The translations under genes were made by a program, and so were the position numbers. From the NCBI GenBank assembly GCA_965277405.1, contig OZ255726.1, positions 1,847,128-1,911,127 of the forward strand: a stretch of 64,000 nt of DNA, in the 5' to 3' direction. The notes beneath the pieces were generated by a model. The model ran no database searches and was not told the DNA's origin. It worked only from the letters and a program-made list of their open reading frames with translations. The first letter of the stretch is position 1. Each line of letters starts with the position of its first letter. This DNA comes from Gammaproteobacteria bacterium. Its GTDB lineage: Bacteria; Pseudomonadota; Gammaproteobacteria; G965277405. Of the stretch, positions 1 through 9,044 are shown piece after piece.

Positions 1-376
1 AGCTGGCAATGACCAAAATGCCAATCACAGTCAATGTTGTATTGTTGCATGCGCTGGTAGACCAGCTCCACAGAGGTAGACCCTGCGTGTTCGATGTTTT
101 CGGCAATAGCAGGCGGAAGTCGGTCGTGCAATGCCGTGGATGGAGCGCTAAACCCGCGGATAACTTGTCCACCATTGCGCCCTGAAGCACCCCAGCCAAT
201 TGTTTGCGCTTCAAGCAGAATTGTGTTGATATTGTGTTCGCTGAGTGACAGGGCGGTATTCACTCCAGCAAAACCACCACCAATCACCACAACCCTGGCG
301 TTGAGTTGACCGACACATTGTTGAAAGCTGGGAAGATCACAGCTTGCTGCGTACCATGAATTAATATGTTTAGTCA
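1..376 (-). CDS. FAD-dependent oxidoreductase (DadA/PuuB-like), N-terminal part; gene continues past window start
   Basis: Reverse-complement translation from the ATG at 376 gives MTKHINSWYAAS...VVVIGGGFAGVNTALSL..., a GxGxxG Rossmann FAD-binding motif. It is divergent from the GS-like gene. The listed + ORF at 94..309 is its antisense shadow. Confidence 0.6.
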
Positions 377-439
377 TACTTCTTATTGTTTACAATACAA
401 TGGTTACAATATTAGCACATTACGTATTAATCACAGAAA

Positions 440-1795
440 ATGGATATAAACCAACTGAAGAAAGTACAAGACTGGCTATATGAACGTGATATAACAGAAG
501 TTGAGTGTGTTATTGGCGATTTTGGCGGGGTAGCGCGTGGGAAAATTGCTCCAGTCAATAAGTTTGTTCAAGAAAAAGGCATGCGCCTACCAGAAAGCGT
601 ATTATTACAAAGCATTACGGGAGCATATGTCGAAGATAAGCTATATTATTCATTGCTCGATAAAAGTGATATTGATTTCTATTGTGAGCCAGATTGTGAT
701 GCGATGTTTGAGCTACCATGGCTAGATGAACGCAGTGCGTTAGTTATTCATAATAGTTATTACCGTGATGGGCAACCAGTAAATTTATCTCCCAGAAACG
801 TGTTGAAACAAGTGTTATCAATGTACGAGGAAAAAGGCTGGACACCAATCATTGCCCCAGAAATGGAATTTTATTTGACAGCCAAAAATAATGATCCTGA
901 TTATCCATTAAAACCGCCTGTTGGTAGCTCAGGGAGGTATGAAAGTGGTAGACAGTCGTTTTCTATTGCCGCAACAAATGAATTTCAACTATTATTTGAA
1001 GACATGTATGCATGGTGTGAAAAGCAGGGGTTGAATATCGACACGCTAATCCATGAAGAGGGTACTGCGCAAATGGAAATTAATTTTTGTCATGACAGCG
1101 CATTGTTGCTCGCTGACCACGTGTTTGTGTTTAAACGCACCCTGCGCGAAGCTGCGAAAAAACATAATATTGTTGCTACGTTTATGGCAAAGCCGATCAC
1201 CAATGAACCAGGAAGTTCAATGCACATTCATCAAAGTATTGTTGACGCGGCTGGAAAAAATATTTTTATTGACGCCGCTGGAGAAAAAACGGAGTTGTTT
1301 TTTCATTACATTGGTGGCTTGCAACAGCTCATGGTGCATATGCTGCCGTTGGTTGCCCCAAACGTGAACTCATTTCGCAGGTTTTTGCCAAACTCATCAA
1401 CGCCAATTAATACCTGCTGGGGCTATGAAAATCGGAATTGTTCAATCCGTATTCCTGAGTCAACTTTACAAGCAACGCGAGCAGAAAACCGAATTGCAGG
1501 TGCCGATGCAAATAGCTATTTGGCGATCGCGGCAAGCCTGCTCGGTGGATATATTGGCATGGTCGAACGCATCGCACCAACTGCACCGACAGAAGGTCGT
1601 GATGATATTTCTAAAAATGATTTTCCGCAAACGCTCAATGCCGCGCTGGATATTATGCAACAAAGCATAATCCTACCAAAGTACATCGATAATAGTTTCC
1701 TTAAGGCATATATCGCGACCAAGCGGGTTGAGTTGGGTGAATTTGATAAAGTAATCAGTGCTTGGGAACGTGAGTTTTTATTATTGAGCGTGTAG
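440..1795 (+). CDS. Glutamine synthetase family protein (gamma-glutamyl-polyamine synthetase PuuA-like)
   Basis: 451 aa with the GS catalytic-domain pattern (…PEMEFYL…, …GSSMHIHQS…, NRNCSIRIP). It is paired divergently with an FAD oxidoreductase, as in puuA/puuB polyamine-catabolism clusters. Confidence 0.7.
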   Translation: MDINQLKKVQDWLYERDITEVECVIGDFGGVARGKIAPVNKFVQEKGMRLPESVLLQSITGAYVEDKLYYSLLDKSDIDFYCEPDCDAMFELPWLDERSALVIHNSYYRDGQPVNLSPRNVLKQVLSMYEEKGWTPIIAPEMEFYLTAKNNDPDYPLKPPVGSSGRYESGRQSFSIAATNEFQLLFEDMYAWCEKQGLNIDTLIHEEGTAQMEINFCHDSALLLADHVFVFKRTLREAAKKHNIVATFMAKPITNEPGSSMHIHQSIVDAAGKNIFIDAAGEKTELFFHYIGGLQQLMVHMLPLVAPNVNSFRRFLPNSSTPINTCWGYENRNCSIRIPESTLQATRAENRIAGADANSYLAIAASLLGGYIGMVERIAPTAPTEGRDDISKNDFPQTLNAALDIMQQSIILPKYIDNSFLKAYIATKRVELGEFDKVISAWEREFLLLSV

Positions 1796-1908
1796 TCGGG
1801 TTATCTATATTCAATCAGCATTTCAATGTCGCGTGCACCTTTGATGAGCTTGGCAACAACAATTTTACTGATTACATCAAGCGAGAGTCGTTGTTTGGGA
1901 ACCTCTGA

Positions 1909-2382
1909 TCAACTCGCTGATGAAGCAAGTTTGTTGCCAATTGCTGATGCGGTGGCGGGTATTACCTTAAACACGCCAACTTCAACCGAGCAGACCTTGA
2001 CTGTTGCCCCAGAGGGAATGCGTGCAATATTTGCATTTGGGGCGAGTTCAACGCGCCAGTTGATGCCAGAATATTGCGTCGTGCTAGCTTGTGCTGACGT
2101 TATGTCGCTATCGATAACAAACATGTGACCGACCAAGTCGCTGCTGTTATCTTTGGCGATTGGACCCTTGCCTTGCAGGCGTTTGAATGGTATCCATAGC
2201 AACGCGGTGATGATACCTGTCCAAATGCCTGTACTGGCAATGCCGAAAACCCAAGACTCAGCAAGCACACCAGTCGTCATCAATATGCCTGTGGTCAGTG
2301 CAGCAAGCCCAGTAAATATAAACACACCTGTGCTAAAACCGCTGATGATTTCGATGATGAGCATCATGAAGCCGAAAAACAA
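1909..2382 (-). CDS. NfeD-family membrane protein (YbbJ-like), partner of the SPFH protein
   Basis: 157 aa with an N-terminal hydrophobic half and a C-terminal OB-like soluble half, immediately downstream of and co-directional with the SPFH gene (the qmcA-ybbJ arrangement). Confidence 0.6.
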   Translation of the reverse strand: MFFGFMMLIIEIISGFSTGVFIFTGLAALTTGILMTTGVLAESWVFGIASTGIWTGIITALLWIPFKRLQGKGPIAKDNSSDLVGHMFVIDSDITSAQASTTQYSGINWRVELAPNANIARIPSGATVKVCSVEVGVFKVIPATASAIGNKLASSAS

Positions 2383-2435
2383 CCAAAACTGGGTTGGATG
2401 GCTTTGAATATACTCAATAATAATTATCGTATTCC

Positions 2436-3383
2436 TTAAGAATTTTTGCTGTTTAGCGTGTTTATAATCGTCATCGCTTCAGCAACCACATTGGCAGCAT
2501 TAGATTTGCCTTCAGGCAACAGCACAACAGTTGAGTCTTTCGCAATTGCGCGTTTCGCCTCAATTGCTTTTTCGGCAAGATTGAGTTGAATCGCTTTTTG
2601 CCCTACAGGCGTATCTGCGACTTGTCCAACGGTATCTAGCGCTTTTGCTTGTGCATCGGCGACTGCAATAATTGCTTGCGCTTCACCTTCTGCGCGTAAG
2701 ATTTGCTCGGTTTTATCTGCTTCTGCGGAGAGCACTTGGGCCTGCTTGGCTCCTTCTGCAACATTGATTGCCGATTGGCGGGTTCCTTCGGATTCTAAAA
2801 TAGTAGCGCGTTTTTCTCGCTCAGCTTTCATTTGGCGTTCCATCGCGTCAAGGATAGTACGTGGTGGTTCGATGTCTTTAATTTCATAGCGCAGCACTTG
2901 GACACCCCATGGTTCTGATGCTGAGTTTATCGAAGAGACGATGTTGCTATTGAGACTCTCGCGCTCTTCAAAAGTTTTGTCTAAATCAATTTTACCAATT
3001 TCACTGCGCATCGTGGTTTGTGCGAGTTGGGTAATGGCGAAGGAATAGTTCTCCACACCATATGATGCTTTATAGGCGTCGAGAATTTTAAGATACAACA
3101 CTCCATCAACAACCAATGAGATATTATCCTTGGTGATGGCAGCTTGGCTGGGCACATCGTAGGCCTGTTCTTTTAAGGATTGGTTGTACGATACTTTGTC
3201 AATGAAAGGGACAAGCATGTTAAGACCAGCGGTCATAGTGGTGTTGTATTTACCAAACCGTTCAACTACAAGCGCGCGGTTTTGTGGCACAAACTTGATT
3301 GAAAATTTGACCATGATAATAACCAAGATGGTCAAACCCACCCAAAAGTTAAAAATAAGACCTAATAGTTGCTCAATGTTCAT
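2436..3383 (-). CDS. SPFH/band-7 (stomatin/prohibitin-like) membrane protein, QmcA-like
   Basis: 315 aa with an N-terminal TM segment, SPFH core motifs (VVERFGKY…, …YEIKDIEPP…) and a long Ala/Glu-rich coiled-coil tail. Confidence 0.8.
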   Translation of the reverse strand: MNIEQLLGLIFNFWVGLTILVIIMVKFSIKFVPQNRALVVERFGKYNTTMTAGLNMLVPFIDKVSYNQSLKEQAYDVPSQAAITKDNISLVVDGVLYLKILDAYKASYGVENYSFAITQLAQTTMRSEIGKIDLDKTFEERESLNSNIVSSINSASEPWGVQVLRYEIKDIEPPRTILDAMERQMKAEREKRATILESEGTRQSAINVAEGAKQAQVLSAEADKTEQILRAEGEAQAIIAVADAQAKALDTVGQVADTPVGQKAIQLNLAEKAIEAKRAIAKDSTVVLLPEGKSNAANVVAEAMTIINTLNSKNS

Positions 3384-3590
3384 TGATAGTACTCGCTGTC
3401 CTTTAAGATAAAAATTTATTATAGCGGCTCACTATGATAAATGTGAAGTGCCGTGCGTTAATCGAATCTTTGCAAATGTATCAGTTAAGACTGGCTGCAA
3501 TCTTATTGTTTTTTGGAAGATATCCATGCGGCTACTATCTCAAGAAACTCACACTCATAGCACCAAACAACACACTCATGCTTGATTATC

Positions 3591-3821
3591 TAAGGAAGCT
3601 CTGATTAAGTCCATGACGGGCGAGACGGAGCAAAAACGCTGCTGATAAATTAAGCGCAGTGCGCAGATAATACTGCTGGGTATTATTAAGTGCTGCAACG
3701 ACGTTAGTGCAGCGGTTTTGCTCAGTTCTTCTGTTGAATATACTTTGGGTTTGCGCCGTGCAATCATCAGCAATTGCAGGCAAACTCGCTCACTCGGCGG
3801 CTTAATCAGAGGTTCCCTAAG
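3591..3821. mobile_element. MITE-like non-coding element, copy a (~230 bp, inverted orientation relative to copies b and c)
   Basis: It begins CTAAGGAAGCTCTGATTAAGTCCATGACGGGCGAGACGG and ends GGCTTAATCAGAGGTTCCCTAAG. Its ends are inverted repeats of each other and match the other copies. No credible ORF lies inside. Confidence 0.7.
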
Positions 3822-3896
3822 CATATGAGGCGTTATTTTTTTTAGCCCTGCCCTCTGGTAGCTGGCAGTAACTAATTTGTTGATACTATTACGGCA

Positions 3897-4102
3897 AATG
3901 AATGCTTAATGAACCTTTGATTAAGGTAATATTTGCACCCAATTGTGCTCACGATAACAGCAATGCGTCAATATTTTCTATTGTTTATCTCCGTGTCGTC
4001 GTCACTTTTCTTCTGTATAACTTTCACTTTTCCATTCATTGCATACAGCTTGGCTATTTTCGAACCCCTATCTAGCCAATAAATTAAGCGTAGCGTTGCT
4101 AA
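3897..4102. repeat. Left copy of a ~205-215 bp inverted repeat bracketing the TA island
   Basis: Its reverse complement matches 7710..7925 at about 95% identity over >200 bp (…AATGAATGCTTAATGAACCTTTGATTAAGGTAATATTT…GCTATTTTCGAACCCCTATCTAGCCAATAAATTAAGCGTAGCGTTGCTAA). Confidence 0.8.
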
Positions 4103-4251
4103 CATCTCCATGTGTTCATACCACCGTGTAATCGTTTCGATCAAATCATGCATTTCACGAATTATATTTTGCATGTGTAGAGACCATCGCAATAACATAT
4201 GTTTTCATAAAAAATATCTTTATTCCTCATTACTCAAAAATCATCCTATGC

Positions 4252-4587
4252 GTGTATCAACAGGTCAGAATCTTAGTTTTACTGATGCTTTGGGAGGAAA
4301 TCCCCTCTAGTGAACTTGATTGTTTGGAAGAGCTCATACATTGGAAAGATCTGCGCCAACACCTGCGCATTGTGGCTGGAGACTATGACAATATCAGTAT
4401 GTTTAAAATACTGTTATTAACAACATGGTACACCTTAGCGGATGAAGCAGTGAGCCATGCAGTTACTCGCGATTTAGTTTGCATGAAGTTTGGTAATTTT
4501 ACTCTTGCAGGCTGCTTGTGCGGCAATGTGTGTCTGTTTGCGGAAAAGGTAGTGGAACATAATCTTTTCAAAGCCCTCCTTAGATAG
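4252..4587 (+). pseudogene. IS5-family transposase remnant (N-terminal InsH/DUF772-like domain only)
   Basis: The 111-aa ORF carries the characteristic …FKILLLTTWYTLADEAVSHAVTRDLVCMKFGNF… motif of the IS5/IS1182 transposase N-terminal domain, then terminates. No DDE catalytic domain follows, so the gene is truncated. Confidence 0.6.
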
Positions 4588-5019
4588 CAGCAATGCTGCC
4601 ATTGAACGTCAAGGCTTTAAACTTAGCAATGCCAATATGTATCGGCGGATGCATGGGGTGTTGCAGTGGTCTTCTAGTAGGCTTTATATGCAGGTATACA
4701 GAATAGTCAAGAAAAAAGTAGATAGGTAGAGAGATAAAGAATGTAAGAAAGTAGAGACGTAAATAAGTCTACTAGTAGATAGGTAAAAAAGCAGTCTAGT
4801 AATACGGGTATAAAACTTGACTTTGTTTTATTTTGAATAGGATAGGGGTATCGACAAAAAATTATTATGTATATTTTTTACATAATTTCATTTAGCGCCA
4901 AACATGGGAATAGATGAAGTTTTTTGTAGATACTAAATGACATCTGTTTCCTTTTTTGTGTATGGAAATAGGTGGTTTGTCGCTAAACAGGAAGCCCATA
5001 TAAGGGGTTTTCTTTTAAT

Positions 5020-5337
5020 TTACAAGTTTTTATTTGTTATGCGTTCGTCTAAAATAGAACGCCATTGACGATGAAGCTCCGCAACGAGATAAACGGCAAC
5101 TTGTTTTTTGTCTTCGTTGGGCTCGTAGGCAACAATATAATTATCCAACACAAACAATCTAATTCCGTCTTTATAAGAAACGCCAGAAAAGGGCAGGGTA
5201 GATAATGTATTTTTTGTGAGCTCTTGGAGTTTATCAATAAATCTAAGAGCATTTTTTGGACTGTCAGTGGCTATATAGTCAAGTATTTCATAAAAATCCT
5301 GATTAGCAATATCAGTGAAAATAACTTCATAATTCAT
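5020..5337 (-). CDS. Type II toxin, RelE/ParE family
   Basis: 105 aa, small and basic, sitting 4 bp downstream of a ParD-like antitoxin in the standard antitoxin-toxin order. The C-terminal …VYLVAELHRQW… resembles ParE/RelE. Confidence 0.65.
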   Translation of the reverse strand: MNYEVIFTDIANQDFYEILDYIATDSPKNALRFIDKLQELTKNTLSTLPFSGVSYKDGIRLFVLDNYIVAYEPNEDKKQVAVYLVAELHRQWRSILDERITNKNL

Positions 5338-5340
5338 GCG

Positions 5341-5598
5341 TTAGGCAAGGTTAGACATATATTTGCCTTTGACATAATCACGGGCTTTATCAAAATAAGC
5401 ATCATCAGCAACAGTGAATTTACCGTCCTCTACTTGTTGGCGTCCTAGAGCTATACGCTCATCAAGTTGTGAGTTTATAGACGACTTGATTTGATTTCTT
5501 AACGCTTCACGGATTACCTCACTTGCTGAGGCGTAATGCCCTGTTTCAAGTTGGCCAGCTACGTATTCTTCTAGGACTTTGGTTAGAGATATGTTCAT
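5341..5598 (-). CDS. Type II antitoxin, ParD family
   Basis: The likely start is MNISLTKVLEEYVAGQLETGHYASASEVIREALR… (a ParD signature). The upstream in-frame Met at 5664 gives an implausible hydrophobic leader. Confidence 0.7.
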   Translation of the reverse strand: MNISLTKVLEEYVAGQLETGHYASASEVIREALRNQIKSSINSQLDERIALGRQQVEDGKFTVADDAYFDKARDYVKGKYMSNLA

Positions 5599-5780
5599 GT
5601 TTACTCTTATTAAAAAAAAATAATTTAACACTAAACAGTATATATAAATAACAAAAAATGTCAATTCTTGTTATTTTTAGGTATAAGCCTTTAGGAGAAA
5701 TTGCAAGCTATAGCAAAAAATGTTGACATTAGCACAAAATCCTATTTCATTGCTAGCATAGGTTTATTTTCTAACGAGGT

Positions 5781-5969
5781 GTGATTATGACTACGAAATC
5801 TATAAGCGTTTCCGCTAATATTCCCGTAGAGCTAGGAGAGATGCTAGACAAAGTTTCACGGGCTGAGGAAAGGTCTAAAAGCTACTACATCAAAAAAGGG
5901 CTAGAGCAATTATTGAGAGATAGGCTAGAGGATTTAGAGGACTATCAAGACGCAAATACTGCTCGATAA
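5781..5969 (+). CDS. Ribbon-helix-helix (CopG/RelB-like) antitoxin, apparently orphan
   Basis: 62 aa (…SISVSANIPVELGEMLDKVSRAEERSKSYYIKKGLEQLL…) with an RHH fold pattern. No intact toxin ORF follows, and 5970..6470 holds only short broken frames. Confidence 0.5.
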   Translation: MIMTTKSISVSANIPVELGEMLDKVSRAEERSKSYYIKKGLEQLLRDRLEDLEDYQDANTAR

Positions 5970-6476
5970 TAGTTATTAATACTAATTGATGTCCACGGAT
6001 GAATGCCAGCAGCAGAGCGATTATAATCCCAATCCCCTCGCCTTGCCTTTTAGCTGAATCAAACCTTTGCCATGTATAACCGTTTTGAGTTTTTCAGATA
6101 TGCTCTTGTAATTTTTCATTGTTTTGACGCCCAAGACATTGTGAAGGATGCCATTGCTCCGGCAGCAGGTCAATCTCTACTAACGTAACCGATAGCATAT
6201 GCATTTGCAGTAAAAATACATGCAACAATTAATAGAAATGTAAAGTTAAAATATTTTTTCATGTGCTAAAGCTCCCTGTCTCTTAGTTATATTAGATTAA
6301 CTACTTTAAGTAAACGCGATTATCATACACAGTCGAATTCAAATTATTTTCAACTTTCTGCATTATAGTTGAAGTGCAGAATGTTACAAATCAAAATCTT
6401 GGCATAACTTTTGACAGAATCGCACTTTCGCACTTTCGCACTATAATACTGACATTACTTTCTAACCATACAAGCT

Positions 6477-6761
6477 ATGAGGTTACAAATGCCACTGGCA
6501 AAACTAAATGAGAAAAGGCAAATAACCGTCCCTATTGAGATATGTAATCAAATACACGCAGACAAAGGCGATATTTTTAATTTTGAGGTTGAAGGCGATA
6601 AGATCATTATGACGCTGCAAAAATTAGTCCCAGCTACAAAAGAAAATTCTCGCACTAAAGGCGTTGATATATATAAATATATAGGTTCAATGAAAGGTAC
6701 GTTTGGGTCTGTTGAAGAGATAGACGAATATATTCGTAACGAACGCGCTTCATGGGATTAA
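6477..6761 (+). CDS. AbrB/SpoVT-type antitoxin (VapB-like), pair 1
   Basis: 94 aa with the swapped-hairpin motif …RQITVPIEICNQIHADKGDIFNFEVEGDKIIM…. It overlaps the downstream PIN gene by 10 bp. The start may be Met5 (6489). Confidence 0.7.
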   Translation: MRLQMPLAKLNEKRQITVPIEICNQIHADKGDIFNFEVEGDKIIMTLQKLVPATKENSRTKGVDIYKYIGSMKGTFGSVEEIDEYIRNERASWD

Positions 6762-7201
6762 TTGAAATATTAAAAGAAAATGATGTTTATTTTGACGCTA
6801 TTATATTCATCTATTTATTAGATGGCAATGAAGCATACTCTACAGCCCTTGATGATATAAGGAAGCATATAGCTACTGATCAAGTTAGGGTTTTTAGTTG
6901 TAATTTAATCTATACGGAAATACTGCCTTATCATGCAAAGCAAAATAACCAAGGTGCTATTGAACATATAATTCGCTTTCTGGATAATTTTGATATTGTT
7001 AGAATATCTAAAGACATAACAATTCACGCAGGAATTTTACGTGGAGAAACTGGAATGAAAACCCCTGATGCTCTCCATGTTGCTACAGCTATAAATCAAA
7101 GTATAAATCAAAGATGCAGTCTGTTTTTAACAAATAATGCTGGTATTCGTGTACCTAAAAATATGCAACGCATTCTATTATCTGATTTTTGCGCTGAATA
7201 A
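6752..7201 (+). CDS. PIN-domain toxin (VapC-like), pair 1
   Basis: 149 aa with PIN acidic residues and the …MKTPDALHVATAI… motif. Its start overlaps the antitoxin. Confidence 0.7.
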   Translation: MGLIEILKENDVYFDAIIFIYLLDGNEAYSTALDDIRKHIATDQVRVFSCNLIYTEILPYHAKQNNQGAIEHIIRFLDNFDIVRISKDITIHAGILRGETGMKTPDALHVATAINQSINQRCSLFLTNNAGIRVPKNMQRILLSDFCAE

Positions 7202-7709
7202 TTGGATAACAATAAAATCATAAAAAAAGACCGAGCATAGGTGCATATTTTGACGATGAAGAAAAAGAGATTATTGAAGCTATTGAGCGAGATACATACT
7301 CTTTTGGCAAAAGTAACTTTAACCCTGAAAGGTTAGAGTTTTTAAGAAAGGTCGCAACAAACACTTTGAAAGAAAATGGTTTTATTGCTAATAACGCCTA
7401 GTTTGACAAAGCGCGTGATTATGGTCAAAAAAAATATATGTCTGACCATGATTAGCAATGACTATTTGCACTACGCTGTAAATGCAGAATGTGTAATTGT
7501 AAGAACGTGTCAATACGATGGTACGATACACTTAAAAATAATCTGAAAGAGCTTGGAGACGATCAAAGAATTCATTTTTGTCTGAGATCGTTTTTTCATT
7601 GTTGCTAGCTACTCCACGCGCTTCATCGTCCGCAGTAAAATTATCAATTAACACAACATCATTAGATGTTTGACCATCAATCAACATCAAAAAACTGTCT
7701 CCAATTTCC

Positions 7710-7925
7710 TTAGCAACGCTACGCTTAATTTATTGGCTAGATAGGGGTTCGAAAATAGCCAAGCTGTAGGCAATGAATGGAAAATTGCAAGTTATACAGA
7801 AGAAAAGTGACGACGACACGGAGATAAACAATGGAAAATATTGACGCATTGATGTTATCGTGAGCACAATTTGGTGGAAATATTACCTTAATCAAAGGTT
7901 CATTAAGCATTCATTAGCTATTGAC
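7710..7925. repeat. Right copy of the ~205-215 bp inverted repeat bracketing the TA island
   Basis: Reverse complement of 3897..4102. The frame of the small ORF seen in the left copy is broken here by a TAG. Confidence 0.8.
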
Positions 7926-7979
7926 AAACACGCGGCGGCACAAATTGATTGTATACCACTTGTTTTCGACAGATTTTTT

Positions 7980-8429
7980 ATGAGTAAGTATAAAAAAACA
8001 GCTGCGACCATCAAACAATTAACCCAGCAGCAATATGCAGTAACCCAGCAAAATGCGACCGAGCAGGCGTTTACAGGGGATTATCTTGATAATAAAAAAG
8101 CAGGAATATACGTTGATATTGTCAGCGGCGAACCATTATTTGCATCAATTCACAAGTACGATTCAGGGTCTGGTTGGCCAAGTTTTACTAGGGCAATTGC
8201 CGCAGCAAATGTTGTCGAAACAACAGATGCCAGTCTGGGGAAAGTTCGCACAGAAGTTCGTTCAAAACATGGAGACAGCCACTTAGGTCATGTCTTCGCT
8301 GATGGCCCAGCGCGTGATACTGGTTTGCGGTATTGCATTAACTCTGCATCGTTACGCTTTATTGAAAAAGATCAGCTGGTAGCAGCAGGGTATGCAGATT
8401 TTCTGGTTCTTTTCCCAGATAACCAGTAA
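7980..8429 (+). CDS. msrB: Peptide-methionine (R)-S-oxide reductase MsrB
   Basis: …[13 protein letters not shown]…[21 protein letters not shown]… is the classic SelR/MsrB motif. The probable start is the ATG at 7980 (MSKYKK…). The longer ORF from 7860 runs into the inverted repeat and is probably a read-through artefact. Confidence 0.85.
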   Translation: MSKYKKTAATIKQLTQQQYAVTQQNATEQAFTGDYLDNKKAGIYVDIVSGEPLFASIHKYDSGSGWPSFTRAIAAANVVETTDASLGKVRTEVRSKHGDSHLGHVFADGPARDTGLRYCINSASLRFIEKDQLVAAGYADFLVLFPDNQ

Positions 8430-8932
8430 TGGCTAGGCAACAGGCAATACTTGCAGGCGGCTGTTTTTGGGGAATGCAGGAATTATTCCGTATACACGAC
8501 GGTGTTGAGATCAGCCGTGTTGGCTATACTGGTGGTGATTGGGTCTCACCAACCTATGCAGATGTCAAGCAAGGTCGTACTGGGCATGCCGAAGCCCTCC
8601 AATTGTATTTTGACGATTCTATAATTCAGTACCGCAGTATTTTAGAGCTGTTTTTCCAAATTCACGACCCTACAACTATTGACAGCCAAGGCAACGACCG
8701 TGGCAGCCAATATCGTTCGGCAATTTTTTATACCAATGATGCCCAGCATGCGACAGCAATACAAACTATTGCTGATATAGAAACATCAAAATTATGGCCG
8801 GGTAAAATTGCTACTCAAGTGCTTGCTGCTGGCGAGTTTTGGCCTGCTGAGCAAGAGCATCAGCATTACTTGCAACAATACCCGAACGGATATACCTGTC
8901 ATTTTCTAAGGAAGGATTGGACGCTTTCATAG
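8429..8932 (+). CDS. msrA: Peptide-methionine (S)-S-oxide reductase MsrA
   Basis: The N-terminal [15 protein letters not shown] active-site motif. The start overlaps the msrB stop (ATGA-type coupling). Confidence 0.9.
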   Translation: MARQQAILAGGCFWGMQELFRIHDGVEISRVGYTGGDWVSPTYADVKQGRTGHAEALQLYFDDSIIQYRSILELFFQIHDPTTIDSQGNDRGSQYRSAIFYTNDAQHATAIQTIADIETSKLWPGKIATQVLAAGEFWPAEQEHQHYLQQYPNGYTCHFLRKDWTLS

Positions 8933-9044
8933 CAGCAACACTATGATAGTGCAGTTCATGGGGATGATTGTTGGCAACGTTGGTTGTTTTTAGTGAATAT
9001 CATCTACAATCTAAATAAGTTTTCTCTACAGACAAGTTGCCTTT

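Noticed and set aside
94-309. 71-aa + strand ORF at the window start
   Set aside because: It lies antisense to a clearly recognisable FAD-oxidoreductase N-terminus (GxGxxG) encoded on the minus strand from 376.
3576-3824. Short ORFs predicted inside MITE-like copies (also 22554..22751 and 57628..57888)
   Set aside because: The frames are not conserved between copies and the copies differ by indels. The sequence is dominated by long inverted repeats, so these are most likely non-coding.
3968-4198. 76-aa ORF inside the left inverted repeat
   Set aside because: The corresponding frame in the right repeat copy is interrupted by a TAG and there is no recognisable domain. It is probably non-coding or a decayed remnant.
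8965-9000. Possible terminator after msrA (CCAACGTTGG palindrome followed by TTGTTTTT)
   Set aside because: The stem is a loop-less 8-10 bp palindrome and is weak. It is not convincing enough to list as a feature.
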